A stretch of 32,000 nucleotides of DNA from Candidatus Harpocratesius repetitus. GTDB taxonomy: Archaea > Asgardarchaeota > Lokiarchaeia > Sigyniarchaeales > Promethearchaeaceae. The position numbers and the translations under genes are program-made. Below the pieces are notes generated by a model. The model searched no databases. It worked only from the letters and a program-made list of their open reading frames with translations, and was not told the DNA's origin. Positions within the stretch are counted from its first letter, which is position 1. Every line of letters begins with the position of its first letter. The stretch is taken from the NCBI GenBank assembly GCA_021498095.1, contig JAIZWK010000001.1, forward strand, positions 1,950,001-1,982,000, read 5' to 3'. Shown in pieces: positions 10,601-18,801 of this stretch.

Positions 10601-11550
10601 TATAGAAGTGTGAATATAATATGAATTAATAGGGGAATAAAGACAATTAGGTAATTCCTCACTGCAATTTTTCTCAGTACTTTACTTTTCTCAACATTTT
10701 CATTTTTAACTTGAAATTTAGCTTCTGAACGAATCGCTTGACTTTCTATAGTTGTTTTAACAAAAAAGATTTGACCTGCATTCCAACCAAAATAAATCAA
10801 CGCCAAGATTATTCCAAATAATGCTTGAAATGTTAGAAAATCTAATTGGTTTTCTATTGCTGCATCAATTACATTCCACCAAAATATACAAAATCCAAAA
10901 CCTACAAAAAATGTAATCAAAGATAATACCAATTTAATTATCCATCCACCTTCAACAAAAAGAAGTTTATGAATTTTTAAATTACGGCTCATCCAAAATA
11001 AAAGTGCATTTGCAATGATCAGTCCAATAGCTAGGGTTATAATTAAAAATTGCTTGAAATTTTGAATATTCTTTTTCCCCAAAAAATTATCCACTGGACT
11101 TGGAAAATCAATTGCAGCTGCAATCCCGATAAGAGTTGCAAAAATGATAAATAAGATCGTATAAGGAAGAACTCGTTTATCAAAAACTTTCATAAATTGT
11201 CCTTCAACTATTTCTGAGGTTTTTGCATTTAATTCTTGTTTTTTTTGCTGAATCTTTGCACGGAACTCCTTACGTTTAGATATTTTTAAATGACGTTTCA
11301 TAGCAGGAGTGCTCATTTTTTGTTGTAAATCTTCTTCCCATTTTTCACTAGAAGATTCTTCTTGATTTTGTTCATTTTCTTCTTTAGAGGTATTTTCTAA
11401 ACTTTGATTAACTTCTTTTTCTTCTCTTGATTCTTCTTTTAGACTTTCAATATCTTCATTGCCATCACTTTCATCGCTTAATTTATCTTGTTCTTCTTTA
11501 GAATCAAGCATTTTTTCTTTTATATCATCATCAGGTGATTTCTTACTCAT
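7690..11550 (-). CDS. Large hypothetical protein: acidic N-terminus, about 10 TM helices, very long C-terminal coiled coil
   Basis: 1286-aa ORF. Residues ~1-75 are D/E/S-rich, ~128-550 hold about 10 hydrophobic segments, and ~630-1286 are K/E/Q/A/L heptad-rich. No Walker A motif. Confidence 0.85.
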   Translation of the reverse strand: MSKKSPDDDIKEKMLDSKEEQDKLSDESDGNEDIESLKEESREEKEVNQSLENTSKEENEQNQEESSSEKWEEDLQQKMSTPAMKRHLKISKRKEFRAKIQQKKQELNAKTSEIVEGQFMKVFDKRVLPYTILFIIFATLIGIAAAIDFPSPVDNFLGKKNIQNFKQFLIITLAIGLIIANALLFWMSRNLKIHKLLFVEGGWIIKLVLSLITFFVGFGFCIFWWNVIDAAIENQLDFLTFQALFGIILALIYFGWNAGQIFFVKTTIESQAIRSEAKFQVKNENVEKSKVLRKIAVRNYLIVFIPLLIHIIFTLLYIFMDTAEFYQIFTDTPPSFIGKFTPEVFYYGEWKDQATNITGLSDFVLFLTRYFPEVWFANNSLLFVLVWSVLVLVLLIFLLTKQISLYKLSKKNDTPNVFSGMFFLIFSIFLYLKLFSILNTGIGMSAISGENPPDQLVGQIIDWITSILLMLITIFNLLRGFGKKIRTTLKSSKITEYNLAFLMFLLVGSYWGGQWSLITGQGLTKEGLNIATSLVVVIVYIGFYYWYSGWVLERRGFVRKHSFTLVEVKEMLTELSKQIKDQMLQTIENEQIITNTLNNYLLSKKIILGEGTKEESLVEDLEEKEEEKNSEEKLAHMKLLFEKSQLEQQEYEAAIQQLKNLKNKLKSLENEQKELEQAINKIPKNLNEKLTQKQELLEQENQKLKQQQLNYNTILKEFKSRKPPKEPKIPKTADGTEDEDVKEILMKEYNTKLRAYEELQKKVEKEDKVLAEVQKKYEKQQAELTEIQNKVDETNNMKARLVSIESDIESVNKEILAVEKNLDYLKMRAELAQPVIKAAKIALKSAEKEFEDYKLLANTSKIEKQAEEKLTKAQQYHEMAQDKLTETQNAVDSSRKISVIDADIENAEDNINKLTDEVKKAQKNLSSKEKLKEEKLNEFELAKNALDEAQSNLEEIDEQIKKAKKELAKSSELLEKGEELKAEFKNASEDYNIAKQDLEQVNALDILEKDLDNLQAQEKELKSDLKLEKKRDPIDQNAIDEIILKLDEVGDKIKDKKREIKETKKLQDELEQKLKRMQKLEEQQIDIKQIKETIQAQEEDLQKLEQKRIEPQKILDDAQTTFNDAEDALEDAKKQLKLAKTELKAKEDELSEWEETKKELVSEREERVQAEKDLKEAKKNINEAIKLLNEAKNYYSQVQEKREKHELQYYLSAKEASIDYDIYKKEHDLKEAHYTLKQAMRQAEANVELRKEMVQETKQQKEDFLKQVKENPDKVARKLKNEKLNS

Positions 11551-11718
11551 CTAACCATCTCCATTTTTGTACATTATTCGCAATTATTAAGTATAAGGTG
11601 ATTATACACGCTTTTTACTTTTATTAATTTATTTTAATTACACAATAGTTTTTTATATAATCAAAGTAGATAAAATATAAGAGAAAAAATTTAAAAAAGA
11701 TAAATAAAGGTTATTTAA

Positions 11719-13290
11719 TTAAGACTTTTGGGCTTTTCTGGCTTGATATGCTTCTTTCCCTGCTGAATTTAGGATTTTTGGAAGTGCAGATGAATATGCT
11801 TTTAGATCGACTTTGTGTTTTGTTTCAATAGCAGTTTTTAATCGAGTTAATGCTTCATTCAATTGATTTTTCGTATTTTCGCTCAAAAATTCCGCATCTT
11901 CTGTCAGCATTTTTTCCGCTCTTTGAATGTAAAGTTCTATTACCTTCGCATTAGTCTTTTCTTCATTTTTTCGTGCCTTTTTCACGAATCGATCAATACT
12001 CATCATCGTAGTCGCTTTTAAACCAGCTTCAATAATCATTAATTGAATGTTACGATGACCTCCAAGGACTTCCATTAGCCGTGCTACATTTTCTCCTCGA
12101 TTGATCATATTTTGTGATCCTGGTTCATTTATTGCACCTCTACCGCCCATAGTTTGTACTACTTCGTAAGCAGCATGAAGTGAATACTTAGCAGCTAAAT
12201 ATTTTGCTTGTGCGGCTAAAATTGCTACAGTTCCTTCATCCATTGGATTGGGTTTTTCTCCTTGATGGATTTTTTTACCTACTTTTTTATCGTAAAAATC
12301 TGCAACTTGAAATGCAAATGCAGTATAAGCTGCAATATGTGCATAAAGATCAGAAAGAACATGGCTGATGCCCTGATATTTTAACAATGGTTTTCCAAAT
12401 TGATATCGAATTTGTGAGAAAATAGCTCCTGTAGCTAATGTATGCCATTCTCCTGCCAATGAGCCTGAAGTAATAGCAATCCTTTCTGGAGTCAAACCAC
12501 GGAATAATCGACGATATCCTTCTCCTGGTTCTGCAATCATACGATCTGCAGGGACTGTAACATTATCATAAGTCACCTTTGCAATTCCAATACCTGGTGC
12601 GGCTGGAATACGCAGTCGTTCGGCTTTCAGACCTTCATCTCCTCTTTTGAACAACCCCAACATCATTGTTCGTCTTGGATTTGATATGTCGGTAACTCCA
12701 TATGTACTGTAATAATCTGCAACTGCCCCATTAGTTGTATATATTTTTATTCCATTATATGTAAAACTCTTATCATCGTGAATTGTGGCTTGAGTCTTCA
12801 TATTTACTGCATCGGAACCATTTTGCATCTCAGTGATTCCAATTCCTCCGATTGCTGTTCCGTCCCAAATTTCTTCTAAAGCTTTTTGTTGGACATCAGT
12901 CCTTTTTGGATTGTGAAAAAGAGAATTTCCAACAAGAATGGATGATGCCGTCATTGCAAAATCTACTTCAGGTGCCATCCCATTTACTGCGATATTCAAT
13001 AACATCTGATGTTTTGATGAACCTTCAATCCCGTCATATGGATTCATTCGTTGGAGCATTCTTTTTTCTCCCAATTTGGGAGCTATTGTATAAACATCAT
13101 CACGATTTACATCCTTTTGAAGTTTGATACAATTTTCTTCAAATTCAAGCAATAACTCTTGCTCTTCTTTACTTAATAATGGAAATATATTCGCATTAAT
13201 AAACGAATAACGATTACGAAGGCTTAGAGCCTTATCAAAATTTTTTTCCAATAAATTAGTATACACTGCGTCTGAAAGTTTAATAGGCAT
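11719..13290 (-). CDS. Acyl-CoA dehydrogenase family protein with C-terminal helical extension
   Basis: GGIGITEMQNGSDA (TE...GSD), YNGIKIYTTNG, RYQFGKPLLKYQGI, VQTMGGRG. I prefer ATG 13290 (MPIKL), which is preceded by GTGAT. Confidence 0.92.
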   Translation of the reverse strand: MPIKLSDAVYTNLLEKNFDKALSLRNRYSFINANIFPLLSKEEQELLLEFEENCIKLQKDVNRDDVYTIAPKLGEKRMLQRMNPYDGIEGSSKHQMLLNIAVNGMAPEVDFAMTASSILVGNSLFHNPKRTDVQQKALEEIWDGTAIGGIGITEMQNGSDAVNMKTQATIHDDKSFTYNGIKIYTTNGAVADYYSTYGVTDISNPRRTMMLGLFKRGDEGLKAERLRIPAAPGIGIAKVTYDNVTVPADRMIAEPGEGYRRLFRGLTPERIAITSGSLAGEWHTLATGAIFSQIRYQFGKPLLKYQGISHVLSDLYAHIAAYTAFAFQVADFYDKKVGKKIHQGEKPNPMDEGTVAILAAQAKYLAAKYSLHAAYEVVQTMGGRGAINEPGSQNMINRGENVARLMEVLGGHRNIQLMIIEAGLKATTMMSIDRFVKKARKNEEKTNAKVIELYIQRAEKMLTEDAEFLSENTKNQLNEALTRLKTAIETKHKVDLKAYSSALPKILNSAGKEAYQARKAQKS

Positions 13291-13462
13291 AGTTATCACA
13301 ACTTTATCTCAAAAATTTTCCTTTCATAAATACCCTAAAATATCTGGTAAGGAATTCTTTTCCTTCTACTTAAAAAAAGATATTTTCGGTTTTTTCACTG
13401 AAAATAATAATATCCTAGATGATAATTTTAGCAAAAATATGATTTGAAAACAAAATTTTGGT

Positions 13463-15070
13463 TTAATTTGTTAAATATTTTTGAAGTAAAGTTTCCAATA
13501 TCGCTTCAGATTGATTGTCTGGGAACGTTTCATTTATGTTGATGCCTTTTGACCTACAAATCTGTAAAATCGAAATAAGATGTGGTGAAATAATCATTTG
13601 ATGGTTGTTAATTATTTGTATAATTTTTTGTAAATCATATCGTTGATGCCAAAAGGTAAAAACTCCTGTACTATGTTCTGCTTTTGGACGAATGTGAAAC
13701 TTTTGTTCTAATATATAATTCATTTTTGCTGTTAATTTTGCAATTCTACCATACATTTTTCTAGAATTTGAGGCAAAATCACTAACATTCACAGGTATTC
13801 GAACATGAAGTAATAATCCTTGACCTTTTCTGAAGTTTAAATGTCCGTAACCAATAATTATAGGAGGGAACTCAAATTCAACTAAATTGGTATTAATTTC
13901 ATCTAATACTTTTTTTAATTTATTTGGGGGCATTAGAATATCTTCAAATCCAGGAAATCGGATAAACTCTTGTGAAGGATCATTTGATTTTGTCTGAATT
14001 GCTAAACCTGTTCGTTCATCCAGAAAATTCTTATACTGATTTACGTCAAGTTTTTTCTTTGAAATGTTTCCGAAACTGCTAACGACGTTTGAAAATCGAG
14101 TAGTAATGTTTTTAGTATCCTTAAGTAAAATGGCCCAGCGGATTGGTTTATTTTGTGATAATTCTTTAAATTTACCTGGAATGTCTGTAGTTGATAGAAT
14201 AAACTCGCAGTTAAGTGGAAAAATCTTCTGGTTTTGAATTTCTTGAAGTGCTTCGAAAATAAAGTCGAAATTATCACCGAACAAGACGAAATGTGTTAAA
14301 TCTTGTGGATCTGAGGCGCGTGCTAATCGAATCTTTGCATTTAAAATAACTCCGTATAATCCCATTCCTCCAATAATTCTGTTGAATAGATTGTGCTCAG
14401 ATGGATTTCCCATTTTATGAACTGTTCTGATTTCACCCGTCGGGAGCAATATTTGCATCGAATCTATCCAATCATAAATGGGTCCGAGTTTTCCAGATGT
14501 AATACCACTTGCGTTTGTTCCTATAAGACCACCAATTCGAACAGGGAGTTTAAATGCACTACTTGGTTGACATGGAAAAATAAACCGATTTTTTGTTTGT
14601 AAAGGCACATATCGAATTAGTTTAGAAACCAAAATGGATTGATCAACTTGTATAGTGTAAGAATCAACGTCCATTATAATTGAAGGTGTTTGGGTTACAA
14701 GCTTCTCAAGATCAACTAAAACAAAGGATGTGGCAAATCCACCACTTAATCCCGTTTTTCCTGAGGCAAATGTAAGAGGAATATGTAAAATATCAGCGGT
14801 TTGAAGTATTTTTTGCAATTGAGAAACTGTACGTGGTTGACAAATGATTTTTGGATTTAAATGAAGAAAAGAGCAATCTCTTATACTATATGCTAATATT
14901 AGGTTATCAACAATAATATCATACCCTAAGATTTCTTTAGAATTTTCAGATTGGTTCTGAGGTTTATATCTCCTTTGAAATCCTTGATCTTCTAATTTTC
15001 GAATGAAATCTTCTAAATTATTTTGGTTATTTATTCGATCAAGGTTCATATTTAATAAAATAAAATGCAT
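13463..15070 (-). CDS. FAD-binding oxidoreductase, GlcD / D-2-hydroxyacid dehydrogenase-like (PCMH fold)
   Basis: ASGKTGLSGG, PCQPSSA, IGGLIGTNASG, GGMGLYGVI. C-terminal metal/substrate His residues in GYGHL, LLHV and AEHSTG. The start could be ATG 15049. Confidence 0.85.
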   Translation of the reverse strand: MHFILLNMNLDRINNQNNLEDFIRKLEDQGFQRRYKPQNQSENSKEILGYDIIVDNLILAYSIRDCSFLHLNPKIICQPRTVSQLQKILQTADILHIPLTFASGKTGLSGGFATSFVLVDLEKLVTQTPSIIMDVDSYTIQVDQSILVSKLIRYVPLQTKNRFIFPCQPSSAFKLPVRIGGLIGTNASGITSGKLGPIYDWIDSMQILLPTGEIRTVHKMGNPSEHNLFNRIIGGMGLYGVILNAKIRLARASDPQDLTHFVLFGDNFDFIFEALQEIQNQKIFPLNCEFILSTTDIPGKFKELSQNKPIRWAILLKDTKNITTRFSNVVSSFGNISKKKLDVNQYKNFLDERTGLAIQTKSNDPSQEFIRFPGFEDILMPPNKLKKVLDEINTNLVEFEFPPIIIGYGHLNFRKGQGLLLHVRIPVNVSDFASNSRKMYGRIAKLTAKMNYILEQKFHIRPKAEHSTGVFTFWHQRYDLQKIIQIINNHQMIISPHLISILQICRSKGININETFPDNQSEAILETLLQKYLTN

Positions 15071-15178
15071 AATTCTTTAATTTCTTGATTAGATATGTAG
15101 TTAAAGGTGATAAAGAGGAATAAGAAAAAATGTCAAAAAAATACCTCATTCCTTTGATCAAGAAGGAATTTAAAAGAT

Positions 15179-15418
15179 TTATTCAAAATCTTCTTTTTGA
15201 ATGGTAATTCGTTTCAATTCGCCTTTCGACGAACCTTTAGATTTTCGCGGCAGTTTGTTGATTAATTCTTTAGCCGCTTCTTCAACCGCCTTATCTAGGT
15301 ATTCGTGGACTAAATCTTTAGCTTCGCCAGAAATTCTTATTTTTTTGTCTCCTTCCACGAATAAATCCTTTACTTTCGATACACGAATATATTTTGTGTC
15401 ATAGCCCAAATTTATCAT
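15179..15418 (-). CDS. Divergent histone-fold protein (extended basic L2 loop, truncated alpha3)
   Basis: alpha1 VSKVKDLF, L1 RISGEA (cf. RVSDDA of HMfB), amphipathic alpha2, and RITIQKED (cf. RKTIKAED) with the R-x6-D pair kept. AGGAG upstream. Alternative TTG start at 15409. Confidence 0.75.
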   Translation of the reverse strand: MINLGYDTKYIRVSKVKDLFVEGDKKIRISGEAKDLVHEYLDKAVEEAAKELINKLPRKSKGSSKGELKRITIQKEDFE

Positions 15419-15484
15419 GCTCCTACTTGATAGTTTTCGAATCAGAACAAAGATCTGACTCTTAATAGAAATACTGAGGCCGTC

Positions 15485-15492
15485 TATTTAAA
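15485..15492 (-). promoter_or_regulatory. Putative TATA box (TTTAAATA) of the divergent histone gene
   Basis: TTTAAATA on the minus strand, about 67 nt upstream of ATG 15418. The same octamer precedes the other histone gene. Confidence 0.5.
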
Positions 15493-15935
15493 TATATGCT
15501 TATTTTAGCAATTTGAGTGAGAAAAGCGACAAAAATAACATAAAACTTTCAAATTTGCGTTGATATCTGTGTGATCTTCATGGAAAAATTGCTTTGAATT
15601 TCAGTTTTGAGATGAAGTCGTTATAAATTAGCAAAATTGGGAGTAAATTTCGATGATCTAAATGATACATGCTTCTTTGATTATTTAAATGTTTTGCCCG
15701 AATCGACAAAAGTTTTGACCAGATTTCCCACAAAGTTGCATATTTTGGCTCGTTTTTAACTTTAATAAAATGTGATATATTTCTCTAAAATGGTATTTTA
15801 AGCGACTTTCATATTTAGCTCTATTTTATTATTAAGTTTTATTTCCAATATAAGAAAAGATGTTCCAGATGAAATTTCTCTCCAGCAAATTTATGGATTT
15901 TCTGGTAGTAAATAAGTGTATTTTTTGTGGGAAAA

Positions 15936-16012
15936 TAATTGGCAATGGGCTATTTTTAATTAATTGGCAATGGGCTATTTTTAATTAATTGGCAATGGGC
16001 TATTTTTGATTA
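15936..16012. repeat. Tandem repeat, 3 x 25 bp (TAATTGGCAATGGGCTATTTTTAAT)
   Basis: Units at 15936-15960, 15961-15985 and 15986-16010 (the third has one A>G change). No spacers. Confidence 0.95.
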
Positions 16013-16614
16013 CGAAGGATCAATTCACTAACACCTCGGTTTGATTTTTTTTCCCCCATTTTCCGATTAATTGAAATATTCGCTTAATCTCTAAATCATT
16101 CGACTCATTAAAGAGAATTTTTGGGCTAAATCGGTGTGGAACAATGGCTATTCCTAAGATTTCTGGTTTATTTGTGATTGTAATATATGCCTGAAGTTGC
16201 TGTTCTAAAACCTCAGGTGTTTTAGGACCAGTTTAATGCACGCGAATCTCAATCACACTAATTATATCCTCTGCAGGATAAATCGATTGACTTTTGCCAC
16301 AAATAGTCTTGTATTTCCTTTATAACAACTGTAACTGCGGAGAGTACATTTTTTACCAGTTTGAGAGTTTTATGAAAAATATCAATTTATGCATATCCCT
16401 GCTTTTCCTTGTCAAAAGTTTTAAATTATTGTACGTTTTACTTATAAATTTCAATGAAATTGCCAACAAGATTTTTTTGAAGGATAGTTTTGAAATAATT
16501 TAAAAAATAAGGCTTCTCTTAATTGATCCTTTATTCTTAAAAATAGTCTGGTACAAAAATTTATATTTTGAATTACTTGATGTAATGAAAAAAAAACTTG
16601 AAAAATAAATTTGG

Positions 16615-16842
16615 TTATTTTCTTAATTCAATTAAATTTCCTGCATCCGCTTTTTTTAATGGATTTTTCTTAATATAAAGATAAATTAACACGCCTGCAT
16701 AAAGCAAAGAGAGTAAGCCCATTGTTATAGCTAAAGCACTATTATGAGTTATTAAACTTGTAATAAATTTGTAGATTGGAAAAAGTAAAAACAAAGCTGA
16801 TAATCGGAGGCGATTACGATATCGTTGAACTGGTGTTGACAT
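16615..16842 (-). CDS. Small two-TM membrane protein
   Basis: 75 aa with two hydrophobic helices flanked by basic residues. ATG start, with AT-rich promoter-like sequence upstream. Confidence 0.6.
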   Translation of the reverse strand: MSTPVQRYRNRLRLSALFLLFPIYKFITSLITHNSALAITMGLLSLLYAGVLIYLYIKKNPLKKADAGNLIELRK

Positions 16843-17002
16843 GAATAGTTACATAAAGATAAAAAATAATAAAAATTTTAATATATCGGTTAAAAAATTA
16901 AATGAATTGTATTGTTACAGCGAACATATCATGATTTTTCATAATTGGGTTAATTAAAAATAAATTGCAGGATATAATTTGTAATCCATAATCCTGGCTT
17001 TT

Positions 17003-17199
17003 TCGGCATTTTTAAAACATTAAATGCGGTCAAGAATTTCACATTCCTATCATTTTTCTTTGAATTATTGACTTAATTATATGTATTTTTCATAAATGAT
17101 GTTTCGACAAATTTAAAATTGGGATAGATTTGGAGGTTAGGGATAATTGATGAAAGATTTTAGAATTTTCTTCAATTTTTCGAATTCTGTTATAACCTC
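17003..17199. repeat. Dispersed 197-bp intergenic repeat, copy 2
   Basis: Same orientation and length as 6248-6444, about 88% identical. Confidence 0.95.
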
Positions 17200-17261
17200 A
17201 TAAAAAATGAATAAAAAAGGATTGAAAAATATCTTTGAATTAAATTATTTACTGTGGTTAA

Positions 17262-18707
17262 TTAACCCGCTATAAGGTGATGAGGGTTATATTTTTTCAC
17301 AGCACTGATATGTTGCAATCCATTCAAATATTTCTTCTCCCAAACCTGCCAACGTCGATTCAGATGATTTGCATAGATTCCAACTAAAAATTCTGTGATC
17401 TTTCCATGAAATAGTTTGTTGAAGACATATCTATATCTGTAAAATCTTCCATGTGCCCAAATTTGCATCTGTTGTAAATCCCAAAGTGTAAAATTTTTTG
17501 GAACAAATTTTACATGGTGAGTATCGAATTCCTGCCAGTAACTATCTATCCAACGATTAGAATTCTTCATTTCGTAATAAAACTCAGTCCCAGGTAATGG
17601 TGTTAAAATGAGAAATTGTGCCGTTCCAATTTTTTGTTTAATCGCAAATTTTACGGTAGCTTTAATTGTTTCTTTTGTATCAGAATCAAAACCAAGTACA
17701 AACATTCCATGAATCATAATATTGCGTTTGTTAATTTCTTTGATTGCCCACTTAATATCTTCAACAGATTGATGCTTTTTCATCTCTTTTAGAGCATCTG
17801 GGTTAATGGATTCAAAACCAATGTACAACGTCACACATCCTGCTTCTTTCATTAAATCTAATAATTCTGGATCTTTAGCAATATCAACACGCACTTGCGT
17901 ACTCCATGAAAATACTCCTCCAAATTCCTTTTTATGTGATATAATCTCTCGTAGAAGTTTTTTGGTACGGGACTTATTAGCAGAAAAATTATCATCATAA
18001 AAGAAAATGATATTTTTTTTAGGATCATACTGTTTCATTTCATCAATGACATTTTCTACTGAACGATAACGATATTTTCTTCCAAACATGGCGGTTACTG
18101 AGCAAAATTTGCAATCAAATGGACACCCTCGAGATGTTTGAAATGCTATTGTGGGTTTAAGAGAAATTCCGTTCATTTCTACTCCACCTGTATCGAGAAG
18201 ATTATAATCTGGAAACGGAAGTGAATCTAAATCTTCAATGGGCGGTGGGAGTGCATTATGTTGTATGATTTCTCCATCTTTCCAAGAAAGTCCGGGAACA
18301 TCTTTTAATGGCTTATTTTCATTAAGTGCCTGCACCAAAGCTGGAAGTGGGATTTCTCCTTCACCTCGGATTACAAAGTCGCAGTAGTCCAATGCTTCTT
18401 CAGGAAGTGCGGTGACATGAGGTCCACCAATTACAGTTGTAATACCACGCTTACGGAAATCTTGAGCTATTTGATAAGCTAACGGGGCAGTGGTGGTAAT
18501 AGTTGATAAACAAAGTAAATCTGGCTTTAAATTCAACGCTAAAAAATCACTTTTTTTTAAATAATATGCTTTGGTAATATATCCGAGATCACGTAAGATC
18601 GTCGCCAAAAGGGTTGATCCTATTCGTGGTAACTGAAACTTTGAGTAAATATGTAGCTTTTCAGTTTTTGGTTCACAAAAAATGATCGTTTTTATTTTTT
18701 GAGGCAT
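17262..18707 (-). CDS. Cobalamin-binding radical SAM protein (class B methylase / BchE-HpnP-like)
   Basis: N-terminal B12 domain (VIGGPHVT, IRGEGE), TSRGCPFDCKFC CxxxCxxC motif, FFYDDNF, YIGFES, LTPLPGT. I prefer ATG 18707 (MPQK), which follows a GGGGATGAT SD-like motif. Confidence 0.92.
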   Translation of the reverse strand: MPQKIKTIIFCEPKTEKLHIYSKFQLPRIGSTLLATILRDLGYITKAYYLKKSDFLALNLKPDLLCLSTITTTAPLAYQIAQDFRKRGITTVIGGPHVTALPEEALDYCDFVIRGEGEIPLPALVQALNENKPLKDVPGLSWKDGEIIQHNALPPPIEDLDSLPFPDYNLLDTGGVEMNGISLKPTIAFQTSRGCPFDCKFCSVTAMFGRKYRYRSVENVIDEMKQYDPKKNIIFFYDDNFSANKSRTKKLLREIISHKKEFGGVFSWSTQVRVDIAKDPELLDLMKEAGCVTLYIGFESINPDALKEMKKHQSVEDIKWAIKEINKRNIMIHGMFVLGFDSDTKETIKATVKFAIKQKIGTAQFLILTPLPGTEFYYEMKNSNRWIDSYWQEFDTHHVKFVPKNFTLWDLQQMQIWAHGRFYRYRYVFNKLFHGKITEFLVGIYANHLNRRWQVWEKKYLNGLQHISAVKKYNPHHLIAG

Positions 18708-18725
18708 AATAATCATCCCCAACAA

Positions 18726-18801
18726 TTGTTAAATCTACATATTGTTGGTTCTATATATTGTTAGATCTACTATCTTATAAACTTTTTGTTAGATCTACTT
18801 A
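18726..18801 (-). promoter_or_regulatory. TATA box (TTTATA, 18776-18781) embedded in four imperfect 16-bp direct repeats; putative operator array
   Basis: Plus-strand units: TTGTTAAATCTACATA 18726, TTGTTGGTTCTATATA 18742, TTGTTAGATCTACTAT 18758, TTGTTAGATCTACTTA 18786. A purine run (AAAAAG) lies just upstream of the TATA on the minus strand. Confidence 0.65.

Noticed and set aside
7690-11550. SMC/Rad50 or chemoreceptor annotation for the coiled-coil protein
   Set aside because: No Walker A/B, signature motif, CxxC hook or MCP hairpin motif is present, and about 10 TM helices do not fit those families.
15862-15875. ORB-like motif GTTCCAGATGAAAT suggesting a replication origin
   Set aside because: It is a single imperfect match without a G-string, has no inverted partner that I could find, and there is no orc1/cdc6 gene nearby.
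15936-16012. CRISPR array
   Set aside because: The units are head-to-tail with no spacers, and there are no cas genes in the window.
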